From the NCBI GenBank assembly GCA_024679065.1, contig JAGIQG010000003.1, positions 57,970,001 through 58,034,000 of the forward strand: a stretch of 64,000 bases of DNA, given 5' to 3'. Positions within the stretch are counted from its first letter, which is position 1; each line of letters begins with the position of its first letter. Under the pieces are notes generated by a model that made no database searches, was not told the DNA's origin, and saw only the letters and a program-made list of their open reading frames with translations. Of this stretch, positions 1 through 12,399 are shown piece after piece. The translations under genes and the position numbers were made by a program. This DNA comes from Sphyrna mokarran (Eukaryota).

Positions 1-189
1 TGCCTCCTGGGATTAATAGTGCCATCTGCGTGTAAGAAGAAAGCTTCTTTAATATTGGCTCAGGCTCTTACAGAGAGAAAAAAACACCCATACATCTACA
101 AGCCAGCTTCTGACACTAATACTACTACTGATACTTGCTTATCCCAAAAGCAGATTCAAAGACCTACTAAAAACCATTGCTGTGATTCT

Positions 190-712
190 TCCTGTGGGAT
201 TAGGGAGCTGGATTTAGCAGTGAAAAGGAGCTTCACAGGTACAGTGTGTGATTTCCAAATTGAATCATGGAGGGTTTTGAGGGAACAAATAAAGAGAAAC
301 TATTTGAGTTGGCTTAAGGATCAGTAACCAGAGGTCACAGATAAAATTGCCAAAAGAGTCAGACGTGAGGTGAGAATTTTTGTTACTCAGTAATGGAATG
401 CACTTCCTCAAAAGGTGCACGTGAAAGCAGATTCAAAACTAACTTGCAAAAGATAACTGAATGAATTCATAAAGGAAGGAAAATTGCAGGACTACAGAGA
501 AAGAAAAAGGGGCCGGTATTTTATGACCTTGCTTGGGTGAGGCTTGTAAAATCCTATCTGAGGCCAAAAGGGAATTCCGTTCTGCGAGCCTCACCCACCC
601 TGATTCCAGTAAAATTCTGGTAATGGAATGGGACTGATCGGATACCTCTGATGCAGAACTAGCACAGGCACAATGGGAAGAATGGTCTCCTTCTGTGCTA
701 TGATTTGTCAAC
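190..712 (+). mobile_element. Decayed 3' end of CR1-type LINE
   Basis: CR1 3' motifs (aaccagaggtcacag...tttttgttactcag...tggaatgcacttcct) and tail ggcacaatgggaagaatggtctccttctgtgctatgatt; boundaries approximate. Confidence 0.55.
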
Positions 713-1134
713 CATTTTAAAAGAAGTTTAAGTTACAGGAGCTATAAATGTGAAAAACAAAAATACATTCTTTATAACTTGAAATTGGAACACTTAAATA
801 ATTCTCTTCCCCCTCCCCCCATCGTTAGAATTAGTTCACAAAAGACAATGATTAAATGACTTGGAATTTCCTTTCTCAGTAGTGGCAAACATTGAAATGT
901 TCACTGCCATTGGGGGCGTCAATAGCACTGCCATTTCCACCAAAACCCAGAAGTTGTCTCAATAGGCATCAGAGGATGATGACCTTGCTGTTGTTATATA
1001 CAAAGCCACAGGGATTGGGAATTGGAAAACTTTGGCTGGTTGTCTACAGCTAGAACAGGTTTTTGCACCAGTGCAACAAGGCCTCAACTTGTAATTTTAG
1101 GCCTCAACTTGTAAATAGGGGCGGGGGTGGAGAT

Positions 1135-1320
1135 GTTCAAAGTGTGATTTTAAATGGCAAATTCAAAATATTATTTTTAATGGGGAACTCACAATGCTAT
1201 TTAAATGGGGGAGTTTAAAGTGTGTACTTTAAATGCAGGATTCAAAATGTGATTTGAAATGGGGGGCTTTAAAATGTGTTTATAAATAGGGGCATTTAAA
1301 ATGTGATTTTAATTGGGGGA
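1135..1320. repeat. Degenerate minisatellite, ~26-28 bp unit, ~7 copies
   Basis: Recurrent unit approx. ttcaaaatgtgattttaaatgggggg. Confidence 0.7.
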
Positions 1321-3151
1321 GGGTAGTGGGAGGGACTGTTAAATCCCTTATTTGGAGATCTGTTAACCTGAACAAACTTCAAGGAACTACAGATAGAGAA
1401 AATAACCTAGTCTCTTTTGATAAAGGGCTGAATATTAATCCAAATGACTTCACTGTGATCTCCCCAACTCCTGGTCTGGTGCTGTTTCTAACATCTGTAC
1501 AGCTAAAGGGACAGGGTGGGGGGTCAGCCAGGGAGGAAAGGAGCTGATTCGGAGCAGGGAGGGAGAGTGGGGGGTGGGGGTGGGTTGAGGGGGCAGTGGT
1601 TGGTGGCTATGGGGTAGATGAGTGGGGAGGGTTGGGATTGCAAAAGAGGAGTCTGAGGGAGCAATGGAAAAGGAATTAACATGATCCGAGTTTCACAGTC
1701 AACTCTCTGTGGAAGTCTCCTGCCCAATCCAAACATTTTCCAAGTTTAAATCAGGGTTATAACATTGAAATTTCTGTAAAGAATTTCCCTTCACCCAGCA
1801 TAACCTTGGTAGGAGATTGATACAAACCCAGGACAAATAATAACTGCTGTTCTTTCTTGTGGGTTTCTGCTGACAGTAGGATATGAGGAAAACCACTACT
1901 GAAATTGTATCCCAGATAGCAGAAACATTTAAATACTTAATAACCCAATTTAACCATTTTTACTTTAATGTGTCTGGCAGTTATTCATTATTGTGTACAA
2001 AAGAATCATGAGCCCTCTAAAAAGTAAATAGAATACATAGTGCTCTCTGCAAAAAATGTGCACAGGACAAATAAATATGTGTCCAAATGCACAGTTCAAT
2101 GGAAAAATTGGACAATGGGATCTTCAATAGTTGCTTGAAGCAAATACTGTACTGCAACCTGATCTCCTGGTCTTGTATAACTTGCAGCTGCTCCCCAGCC
2201 ATGTTTATTATCAGGCTCTAATCAGGCCAACTTTGTGCATCATAAAGCTGCAAATGTATTTAAAAGGGCTATGAGGGGCTGGTGAATGGGAGGCAAAAAC
2301 TTCCCAGAGACTGGGTGAGGACTTCAAGTGGGAGGGAGACTCTCTATGCACTCCAACTTGTATCCCTCTCAGCCTTTGGATCTCTTCCTTACAGTGTCCC
2401 AGCTCTCTCTGGGATTGGTGTTCAAGAAAATATGTCTTCATGTACAAAGAACTTAAATATGTACTTTTGCCAATTTTTGCTAAGGTGGGATTAAAAAGTT
2501 ATGCATTGTTGATGCTAAATAAACTAATGAATATTCACCTATGTTTACACATATCCTGAGGCATCCAAAAATTGAACAGCAAACAGAAGCCAATTTGGTA
2601 TGACTGGCAGCACAAAGGAAACAGTCTGCTTTTCAGCATAGATCAATCCTGCATTTTTTTGCAAACTTACTATGAAAACTTCAAGGTATCATTACAGCAG
2701 TGAATTGTGTAAGCAAGACTTTGCATCATTTGAACAAGCCTTTAAATTGCCAAGAGTTCATGTTCCAAGGAAAGCAACACTGTGAAAGCTGAGTTACACA
2801 TAATTTGTAACACTGTGCTAAGTGTTTGTATATTGCTGTTAAATTTTGTTTCGAAACTAATGTATGATTTTATTGTTACATTGTTCATGAAGCATGACTC
2901 CAGGTCGTAATAAAACCATTCTATAAAATTGCAAATTGCTCATCAAAGCTGCAAATAATAGAGAAGTATCTCATAGTTCATATGCAAGGTAGCTTGTGAT
3001 GGGTATTATTTCAAATTACAATCCTGCTACCTCTGTATGACTTTCAGTCAAAAACCAAAATAAAGAGTTTTAGGTCCATTCTGTACTCCATAGAAGTGCA
3101 TGTTTTCTTATTCTATCAAATGACCCATTGATTGGACTTAAAACTTGATGA

Positions 3152-3392
3152 CCAAGATGGCAGCAGAGCGTGATGGCTTCTTGCAAGCTATGCCCAGCAT
3201 ACCCTCTAATTCTATCTTTTACTCTCATTCTATGCTTTTAAACCTCTACATCCTTGCTATTACTATAGCACTATATTCTGCACCCTCTGCTTTCCTTCTT
3301 TATATATTGTATGCTGTGCCTGCGTAGCGCATAAGAAACAATACTTTTCTCTGTATACTAATACATATGATAGTAATAAATCAAATCAAATC
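3152..3392 (+). mobile_element. Short non-autonomous retroelement with Rex1-type 3' tail
   Basis: Starts ccaagatggcagc; 3' part (gcgcataagaaacaatacttttc...aataaatcaaatcaaatc) matches the end of the LINE at 7622-8198. Confidence 0.6.
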
Positions 3393-3414
3393 TAGCCAAC
3401 CTCTTGACATTATT

Positions 3415-3735
3415 TGCAGCTTGGTAGCACAGTGGTTAGCACTGCTGCATCACAGTGCCAGGTCCACAGGTTCAATTCCACCTTTGGGTGACTGTTTGGA
3501 GTTTTGCACATTCTTCTAGTGTCTGTGTGTGTTACCTCCATGTGCATTGGTTTCCGCCCACAGTCTAGAGATGTGCAGATCAGGTGGATTGGCTGTGTTA
3601 GATTTCCCCTTAGTGTCAGGAGGACTAGCAGGATAAATATGTGGAGTTAAGGGATAGGGCCTTGATGCAATTGTTTGTGCATGCTTGACAGGCTGAATGG
3701 CCTCCTTCTACATTGTAGGGATTCTATGATTCTAT
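3415..3735 (+). mobile_element. HE1-like tRNA-derived SINE
   Basis: A/B-box head (gtagcacagtggttagcactgctgc...ggttcaattcc), CR1-like tail with gattctat repeats; many copies in window. Confidence 0.85.
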
Positions 3736-5380
3736 TTGCTTAATATCTGCAACAATTCAGTTCTCATTTTCAAGTATCAATTTAGTTTATTGAGTTATAA
3801 GATTAGCTTTGAGTTAGAAAATCGGGAGTTAAGACCCTCAACCCAGAACTACATTCATAGTGTCTCCTGCTGCTCCAGTGCAGTACAGAGTAAATGCTGT
3901 ATTTTCAGAATTGCATGTTCAGATTTCAAGTTCTTGTTAAGGTGGATGTTCATGTTCACATAACACGATGTAAAAAAGCACAGTGAATGTTCCTACATTG
4001 CCCTCATGAGCACCATCAAAAAATATGAATTGATCATTCACTACTTACAAAGAATGTCACTTTGTTTGCTCAGATAGGAATCACTGCTCTCAAAAAAAAT
4101 CTATTAATATTACAAATGCAATTATTTAGTTTGTTATACAGCTCAACATTAAAATAATTATATGTATTTTGATACACGAATAAAGACAGGGAAGATATTC
4201 AGCATTTACAAATCTTGCATAATTGTGGGTTTAAATTTTAATATCTTTTCCATTGAATTTCTTTGAGCCATATCTAATTCTATTGAAGTAGGTTTATTAA
4301 ATAATGAACATAAAAACCTACAATCTAACTGTCGTGATATTTTAGATCTTATTACCACAGTTTGAGTAGTATCACAAATTGCCTCTGAAACCTTAAACTT
4401 TCATGCTTTGTAAAAAAAAATAAATTAATGAAATAGTTTCAATCAAATCATGAACCAATAACCTCCTAACATCTGCCTCTCTGAATTTCCCTCTTATCTT
4501 CTACCAATGTTCTTTATTTAAGTGGAGGGGAGCTAATGGCTCTGTCCAGTCCACTGAGCATCGATCATAATGATTTTCAATACGATTATGATATAAACTG
4601 TTTGGCAACCAGCAGACTAAGATGTTCCATCTTCCTGTTTTCCTCTTAAGAACGGAAACTGTCACGGAACAAGCTGCACATCAGTCTCAACAGGGACACG
4701 CATTATGAATGAAAAGCGCAGTGTAATGCAGTACCTTTTGGCGCTCAGGTTGTCATCCATAGCAATGAGGAAATGACTAATGCAAAAAAGAATAATTTCT
4801 GCACTTGCCTTGGGCCTCTTTTGCTGATGGAGCTGTACTGAACAGTAGGCTTGCAAAGTAAAAATGTCTTTCTCCAACTTTTCTGACAGTGGAATATAAT
4901 ATTTGTGATCTAGATATTGACAGCTGATATATAAATAGTAGATTGCCATCTGTTACCTACCCCAATACACTGAACGAATCCAGTTAAAAGCTCTGCACTG
5001 TCAAAGCGAAATATATACAAAATTTGCTTTCAGTGGGGTGGCCACTGTATTCACAACAATGCTGAACTAGGCATTTATGAACCTAAACTGCAGGCAAAGT
5101 AGTTCACTACCTCTGATTCGCATTCTTACTGCCTGCCACCATTCCTCCCAAAAGCCTCTAGAAAACTTCTGCATTATATTTATTTGAACAGAAGGCTATG
5201 GATTCCACAAAACTGACATCAGATGAAACAGGAGGCACTGCAAAGTTGGTAGAATATGCCAAAATATAATTCTGAGCTATAAAGCCCCCCCCCACCCCCT
5301 CAATATCTGGTCTGGTGAGAGTGACAAACGTATCCCTATAATTTGTACGTTGTCATATTGTGACAGCATTAGATGAGAGA

Positions 5381-5735
5381 GGTGATAACCTAGTGGTATT
5401 ATCAAAATATAATTAATTCAGAAACTCAGCTAAGCTCTGTGGGATCCAGGTTTAAATCTCATCATGGCAGATGGTGGAATTTAAATCCAATAAAAAAAAT
5501 CTGGAATTAAGAATCTACTGATGACCATGAAACCATTGTCAATTGTCAGGAAAAAACCCAACTGGTTCACTAATGTCCTTTAGGCAAAGAAATCTACTGT
5601 TCTCACCTGGCCTGGCCTGGCCTATATATGACTCCAGAGCCACAGCAATGTTGACTCTCAACTGCCCTTGGGCAACTAGGGATAGGCAATAAATGATAGG
5701 TGGCCAATGACACCCATGTTCAATAAATAAAAATA
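5381..5735 (+). mobile_element. tRNA-derived SINE (second family)
   Basis: Head ctagtggtattatc...ggtttaaatctc; related copies at 22505-22830 (-) and 30385-30730 (+). Confidence 0.7.
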
Positions 5736-5805
5736 AATGTTGAGAAGGAAGTAAACTTTGCCATTTCATAATTTGCATATGTTAATTTGGATATTGTTGT
5801 AAAGG

Positions 5806-6130
5806 AAGACATGTTGCTGAAGTTTTTTGTCTTGCATTCATCAGGACAAACACAAGAAAATCAAATTTCAAACAATTACTATTTGAGCCACATGAGAAAA
5901 GGATGCTGATTGCTTGGCAAATTGATTCTGATTGGCTGAACTGTTGCTATGGGGAAAGAAGGGGAAATTATAGGTTCCCCAAACTCCGAAGTATTCTAAA
6001 AAGATGCAATGCTTGAACATATTCCTTTTGTTTGCACAGAATGGGTCTTTGCATAAGAATGTATGTCAATTCAAGCAAGTATAATTGAGTCACATTACAA
6101 GGTTGACTGATTCTCTCAAACTGACTATTA
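5806..6130 (-). mobile_element. Penelope-like element 3' fragment with decayed hammerhead motif
   Basis: Minus strand reads gtcctgatgaatgcaagacaaaaaacttcagcaacatgtc (CTGATGA core); family assignment from recall. Confidence 0.45.
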
Positions 6131-7621
6131 GTCAGGATTGTTCAAGAAGGATACTAAAGGATGTGGATGAGAGGAAGATAAATGGATGTGAGATACTGAT
6201 CAACCTTAATTTTACTGTTCTTATGACAGCTAGATCAGTAGGCACAAACTGATGAAAGTCCAAATTCATCTTCAGATGAAAGTAATTCTCACTTTGCACT
6301 GACACTGTGGAAATAATGACATAACAGTTAGTCAAGAGACAGTGTGCTGTTGTGATGGTGGATCCAATAGTTTTTATCTAATCTTTTCTGCTGCGTGAAA
6401 ATAAACTGAACCAAATAACCTTCCTCACCTGTTTTCATCTGATGATCTTGTGAAGACAGTGAGTAGCCATAACAAATTAACAACGTTAGAGGAAGAAACT
6501 TGAGTGGGATCAAATTGCTTTTGGGCAGTGAACAAAACCTGAGAGATTTTGTTTCTACTGAACTTCAGGGAAAAAGTAAAAGCTATGAAAAATGAAACAT
6601 GCTGCTCATGCGCAGTTGTCTGTTTTGGCACTCTTCCCAGAACCAATTTCACCCTCAAGGTTTTTAACTGTGGTCTGCATTACATTACAATATGGAGCAA
6701 GAAAGTCCATGGTCTGTTGGGTAGTGAGTTAGCAAACCTCACCCATGGTAGCCTAAGAGCATGACAATTGGTTTCTGGACTTGGGTTAGGGTGGAGCAGG
6801 TAAGATGAAAACAATGTTGAAAATCAACAGTTTACTCATTGCCAACCAACTGCTATCTGCTAACTGTTGGAAAATGAATGAGAGCATCAAATGAAAGGTC
6901 TAACTGCGTTGTAATTCCTCACCCAACTAAATAATCTGTTTTGTACACTGTCTCAGCTCAGACAAGAAGAATTGCTACTTGAGTTGTGTTCAAGGCTATG
7001 GAACAGTTTCTCAGTTTATTTTTAGTGTGTGCAGTAATCATCAAGCCAGGCAATAGCTTCCACAGTGGCTAAATGGAGCAATCTGAGCCCTCCATTGATT
7101 GGTATGCAGTGCCTTACAAGATCCTATTTGTGTCAATTTGCTACACAAAGACCTTGGCCAGTGTGAAGAGTGAAAATGGTTGGGCAGTGTCCACTGTTAG
7201 CTGGCAGGTTGAAGCCAGTTGTGCAGGCTGTGGGATCTGTGATGAGGAAGTGGCTTTTAATGGTGGTGTATTGATTCCAATCCTGCTTTCATAGGGCTGT
7301 TGTTATTATTCCTTGGCATGACGGTCTTAGCCATACAGGCTGGCATGAGGGTTGGCTAGCAGCAGGTGCACTGGAGGGGTAGCAGCAGGTCGATGTAAAT
7401 CTTCTCCAGAAGCTTTTTTCTTGCAATATGGGGCATGGGGGAGGGGGTGATGTTGCTCGTCCAGGCAAGTCAGGCTGATCAGAAGGTACCCGAGATAAAA
7501 CACATTGTATTGAGTTACCTTGTGTGATTTTAACAAGAAGGGAGAAAAGTTCAAAATAATTTGAGTAAACTCTGGGCTGTATTAAGTACATGTGTTGGAA
7601 TGCATGAGGGGTGGATACTAT

Positions 7622-8198
7622 AGTTAAGAAAGGCCACCACTAACACCTTTACTTTCTCAGGAGACTAAGGAAATTTGGCATCTCCAGTACAACTCTCACC
7701 AACTTCTCTAGACGCACCATAGAAAGCATTCCTTCTGGTTGTATCACAGCTTGGTGTAGTTCCTGCTGTGTCCAGGACTGCAATAAACTACAAAGGGTGA
7801 ATGAATCCCAGTCCATCACTCAAACCAATCTTCCACCTATTGACTCCGTTCACACTTCCTGCTGCCTTGGAAAAGCAGTCAGCATAATCAAGGACTCCCA
7901 CGTACTTTGGACATTTTCTTCCACTTTCTTTCATCAAGAAAAAAATACATAAGTCTGAGGACATGTACCAACCGATTCAAGAATAGCTTCTTCCCTGCCA
8001 CCATCAGACTTTTGGATGGACCTACCTTGTGTTAAGTTGCTCTTTCTCTACACCCTAGCTTTGACTGTAACACTACATTCTGTACTCTTTTCCTTCTCTA
8101 TGTACGATATGCTTCATCTATGCAGCGCATAAGAAACAATACTTTTCACTGTATATAAATACATGTGACAATAATACATCAAAGCAAATCTAATCAAA
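7622..8198 (+). mobile_element. Rex1/Babar-clade LINE 3' fragment
   Basis: Translates to LYFLRRLRKFGISSTTLTNFSRRTIESIPSGCITAW (Rex1 ORF C-terminus), ends in aaatc repeats. Confidence 0.8.
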
Positions 8199-8443
8199 TT
8201 AGGTTCAGAAATAAATTTCAAAAGGTAACTGGATATATATTTGAGAAAATTGTTTACAGAACTGTGTGGAAAGAGCAGGGAAATGGGACCAATTGGATAG
8301 CTTTTTCAAAAAATTGCACAAGCATGATAGGCTGAATTGCTTTCTATTGTGCTATATGATTCCATAATGCTGATGCTAGAAGCAAACAGTAAAAATGCCT
8401 CACAGACTGGCCAAGGAAAAGCCATGACCCCTGGCTGAAGTGT

Positions 8444-8947
8444 GCTTCTCAACCTTTTGGCTATGTCAAATGTCAAATCAAGCTCAAGATGGGGTACAAT
8501 GCCTTATCTTGTCAGCTTAGATCTTGTTTGTACCTCTTGAGGGGACAATGAATTGGGCTCAATTTGTTAATTATTTGTTTGTCAATTGGGTTTAAAGGAT
8601 GGCACAGGGGTACAATGGTTAAAATTGCTGCCTCACAGCATGAGGCACCCGGTTCAATTCCAGCCTTGGGTAACTATCTATATAAGTTTCTTCCGGATGC
8701 TTCAGTTTCCTTCCACAGTCCAAAAATGTGTGGGTTAGGTCAATTGGCCATGCTCAGTTCAGTGTCAGGGAGATTAGCGGGGTAAATGCAGGGGCTTATG
8801 GGGATAGGCCTGGGTGGGATTGTTGTTAGTGCAGACTCGATGGGCCAAATGGTCTATTTCTATACTGTATGGATTCCACAAATTGGTTTTTGAAGCAAGC
8901 AAGGAGATGGATTTGAATCTGCTTGGTCCACTCTGAGCACTGACTTT
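8444..8947 (+). mobile_element. U2 snRNA 5' fragment fused to a Tx1/Keno-like 5' region, interrupted by a SINE
   Basis: gcttctcaaccttttggcta resembles U2 5' end GCTTCTCGGCCTTTTGGCTAAGATCAAGTGT; downstream ctcaagatggggtacaatgccttatcttgtcagctt is shared with 50890-51002 (-). Confidence 0.7.
8600..8878 (+). mobile_element. HE1-like SINE nested in the U2-headed element
   Basis: SINE head and tail; approximate flanking duplication aattgg(g/t)ttt. Confidence 0.8.
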
Positions 8948-9149
8948 ATAATATTAGTAATGGAGGAACTTTAAGAATGAATGGACAAAAAATTTTTTAA
9001 AATGTTTACCTGCCCACCGAATTATCTTTTTGTATGAAGGCTTACATTAATCATTTTACTTTATTGATGCTTTTAAGAAAAACTGTCTATTTATTTGTGT
9101 TATGGTGTGGCCATCACTGCCTTTCATTTCAGACCCTGGCATGAAAAAA

Positions 9150-9725
9150 GAGGGCATAGCATACAAGAGTAAGGAGGCTATGTTCAACTTATAAAATGTT
9201 CAGTCTCAGCTATAGCATTACATCCAGTTCTGAAAGCTGCACTCTGGGAAAGATATGAAGGCATAAGAGAAAGTGCAGAAAAAAAATATCCTGAGAATGG
9301 TTCCAGGGAGGAGGAACCTCAGTTAGGAAGATAAATTGGAAAAGTTAGAACTGCTTTCCTCAGCCAAAAAAAAAGATTGAGAAGATTTGATAGAGATATT
9401 CAAAATCATAAAGGTTCTGGAGGTAAAGAGGAGAAACTGTCCCCACGGGTGAAAGGATTGAGAATGAATGCGCACAGATTGAAAATAATTTGTAAAAGAA
9501 ACAGAACTGACACGAGGAAGTTTTTTTATGCACACAGCCAGGGTTAGGATGCTTTGCCTGAGAGTGTGGAGGAGGCAGGTTTAATTGAAGCATTCAAAAG
9601 ACAGCTGAAAAAGAATAATGTGCAGGGCGAAGGAGAGAAGTGGGAAGGACACCATGTGAGTTGCTCATTAGGAGAGCTGGTACAGCTCTAATGGACCGAA
9701 TGGCTTCCTGGGCTGAAAAAAATTG
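9150..9725 (+). mobile_element. CR1 LINE 3' fragment
   Basis: Decayed CR1 ORF2 C-terminus (agagggcatagcatacaagagtaaggaggctatgtt...gagaatggttccaggg) and 3' UTR. Confidence 0.75.
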
Positions 9726-10145
9726 TGACTTTCAAAGCTGATCACACACAGAGCACAACTGGACACCCATAGTGGACTTAGCCGGTTGTACCCATTGAGT
9801 ACTGGTTCGTGTGTAAAGATTTATTGTGTTTTTTTAAATATAATAAATTTATCATAAACACCATGCACAGTGCCTGAGCCTTTGCACTGGAGCAGTGTTA
9901 CTGATAGCGAGTACAGGAGATTCCGGGAGCATTATTTGAATGGCTAGACAGATCATTTTCTCAAATGATGCAGGAAAGTCAATCATTAAAATCATTTCGC
10001 ATCGTTCAAAAACTCCTAACTCGAATGTTTAAAAAGTCGGTGTTCTCGAAGTAGATTGAACAGGTTTATTTAAATGTCTGTTCCAACACCCCCAATCTTT
10101 ATATACCCATGTCAAAATCACACTCAGGCACCTTGAAAACTATGA

Positions 10146-10532
10146 AGTTATTCAATCTTCATAGTGGACAGGAGAGATGGAAACACACACACACAGGATG
10201 ATTGATCAGGACACTGAATCAAGTATGTGTATGTGTGTGTTCTGCCAGGTACAAAGCCTATATTGTATGAATTAAGGGCACTGGTCTTACAAAACATTTC
10301 GGACCTAACAAGCAACTTTCGCCGGGCGCATCAATAAATAATTACCAACTTCCCTGCATGCATGTAAAAAAGGACATCATATAACTGACCTACATCTATT
10401 TCATAATGGAAATCTGAATTTACTGTCGCCGCCGAGCACAAACCCCAGCCTTTAACAAGTGATGCTATTAGATAGTGAACATTTCCAGAGAAAGATGTGG
10501 GCAAATATATTTGATTAAAGGTGCACTCAAGG
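10146..10532 (-). repeat. Left arm of 387-bp inverted repeat (reverse complement of 13089-13475)
   Basis: Base-by-base comparison shows equal length and 2 mismatches. Confidence 0.95.
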
Positions 10533-10743
10533 ATTCTTCACCGCGTTTGAATGCCATGCCTCACAAACGGGAGTGACCAAGATGTTTGGAACAGTCATAC
10601 TCCCAGACACAAAAGATCCGAGACTTTCTCTATTTTTAGCCAGAGTCGACCATCTCCCTTCTAAAGTTACTGCAACGCGTCAAATCGTTTCAGATATTAA
10701 TTTGGAGTGCCAATGAGAGTTTGTCCCCCCTCTCTCTGTGCAG

Positions 10744-10875
10744 GGTTTCATGCTCCTCTGTGCCATTTGGACGCTGGGAGAACCGATCGGAGGTCCCCAC
10801 TCTTCCCCACCTACACAAACATTTGCAGCCAACTCCAGGCGCTGCTGCCTCTCCTTCCTCACCAGTGCTGCAATG
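10744..10875 (+). other. Candidate 132-nt upstream/alternative exon
   Basis: Acceptor cccccctctctctgtgcag|G and donor ATG|gtaagg; GC/CpG-rich; no recognisable protein homology. Confidence 0.35.
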
Positions 10876-12399
10876 GTAAGGAGCAGTGCGAATCAAACAG
10901 CTAAAACGCGATATATCCCCCAGTGCTCTAGTCTCTGACCCTTCATTACTGGGGGATGTCTTAACAGTCACTTCCTGGTAGAGATACGGAGACTTGAGAT
11001 TTCCCCCCGCTCCTCCCATCCCCGCTAAGTTTTGGCTTCATCGAATCACACAGCACAGCGGAGGCAGCTTGACCCACTTATTTGAAAGATATTGAACTTA
11101 GCTCTGTTTGTGAAGTGAGGTGAGCCCGCCCTTCAGCCAGAGGTCATGATCAGAGGTTTGCCAACACTCAAGTTCCAGCAGGTACCAGTGCCGGATTTCA
11201 CAAAGCCCAGATGACTGAGAGCGAGGCGACATATGAATTGTATATTTAATCACTGGCTTGTAAGAGCAACTGTTACCCTCCTCCCAAAGCAAAAGGCTGG
11301 AGGGATTTAAAAAAGCAGCAAGTGCTGGAAATAGGCAGCGTCTAAAAGAAACAACAATTCACGTTTCCAATCAAATATGACTATTTCCAGCACTTTTTTA
11401 ATTTGCTCTTATTTCAGATTTCCAGCATTCGCAGTACTTTTTAAACACATAGTGCTGGAGGGAATGTTTCAATTCTTCCTTTCCGTCTTACGGCCGGAGA
11501 TTTTACGGGTCAGTGTGCATTTTAAACAAAATAATCGTTACGACCTTTCCTGGGGTGAGAGCGAATTATTAAAACACAAAGCTTACCTTTGACACAATAT
11601 TAACATGGTGCTGTCAAATTTTACTGGGGATGACAGATACTTCGACTTATCGGAAGGGTTGACTTTCAGAACGCCATGGTAAGTTAATCGATTTGCTCCG
11701 GCTGCTTTAAGGATTAATACTTGCGAAGTAGATGGCCCTTTAAGAACTGTCACCAGTCGGCGGAGTACAGCGCTGGAGCTGATCAGTTTAACGCAGCCGG
11801 ACAGTTTTGAGAGGAGGGTTAGCAGAATGGGGAACCTCACAACGTGTAAACCAGTGGCCTTCAAGAAATACTTGATGCAAAAAAAAATCCGGTGGACATG
11901 CTTACATAATATAGAATATTTTTTCTTATAGATTTGAAAACCTGTCTCTTTAATAAACAGTTAGTCCCATGTGACATTTTCTTGTAGAATAAAAAAAATT
12001 ACAAAGCCTGTTCTTAAACAAAATTATCTTACAAAGAGGACGGTGCTTAAATTAAAATATACTTAAGAGGCATTTCTTTTTGGTTAAGGTTATTGTAAAA
12101 GTTTGTATAATGATACATACTTGATTGTTACACAGAAGAGTTTAGGCACAGAGATGGGAGCAAAATATACGATTGGAAATGAGGAGTTAGATTTATTATA
12201 TCAATCGCTGCCATTGAGCTAACAAGGCAAGCACACAGAATTACATCGAAATTACACAAACCATTCGCCCAACAGGTCTGCCCATGCTTGTGCTCAGCAC
12301 TTCCACTTCTCACCGCGTCGATATGTCCTATTCTCTCTCTCCCTCTCCTTCAATGCACGTTTACACAATGTGAACACCAGTGTAATGCTAACGTGGATC

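Noticed and set aside
1135-1320. CRISPR-like array
   Set aside because: Vertebrate DNA; degenerate tandem units without unique spacers
3415-3490. tRNA gene (also at other SINE heads)
   Set aside because: A/B boxes continue into SINE body and tail; these are SINE heads
8444-8473. Functional U2 snRNA gene
   Set aside because: Only a mutated ~30-nt 5' fragment; the rest of U2 is absent
11583-11864. 93-aa minus-strand ORF near the promoter
   Set aside because: Non-ATG start and no homology; only the splice donor is retained as a finding
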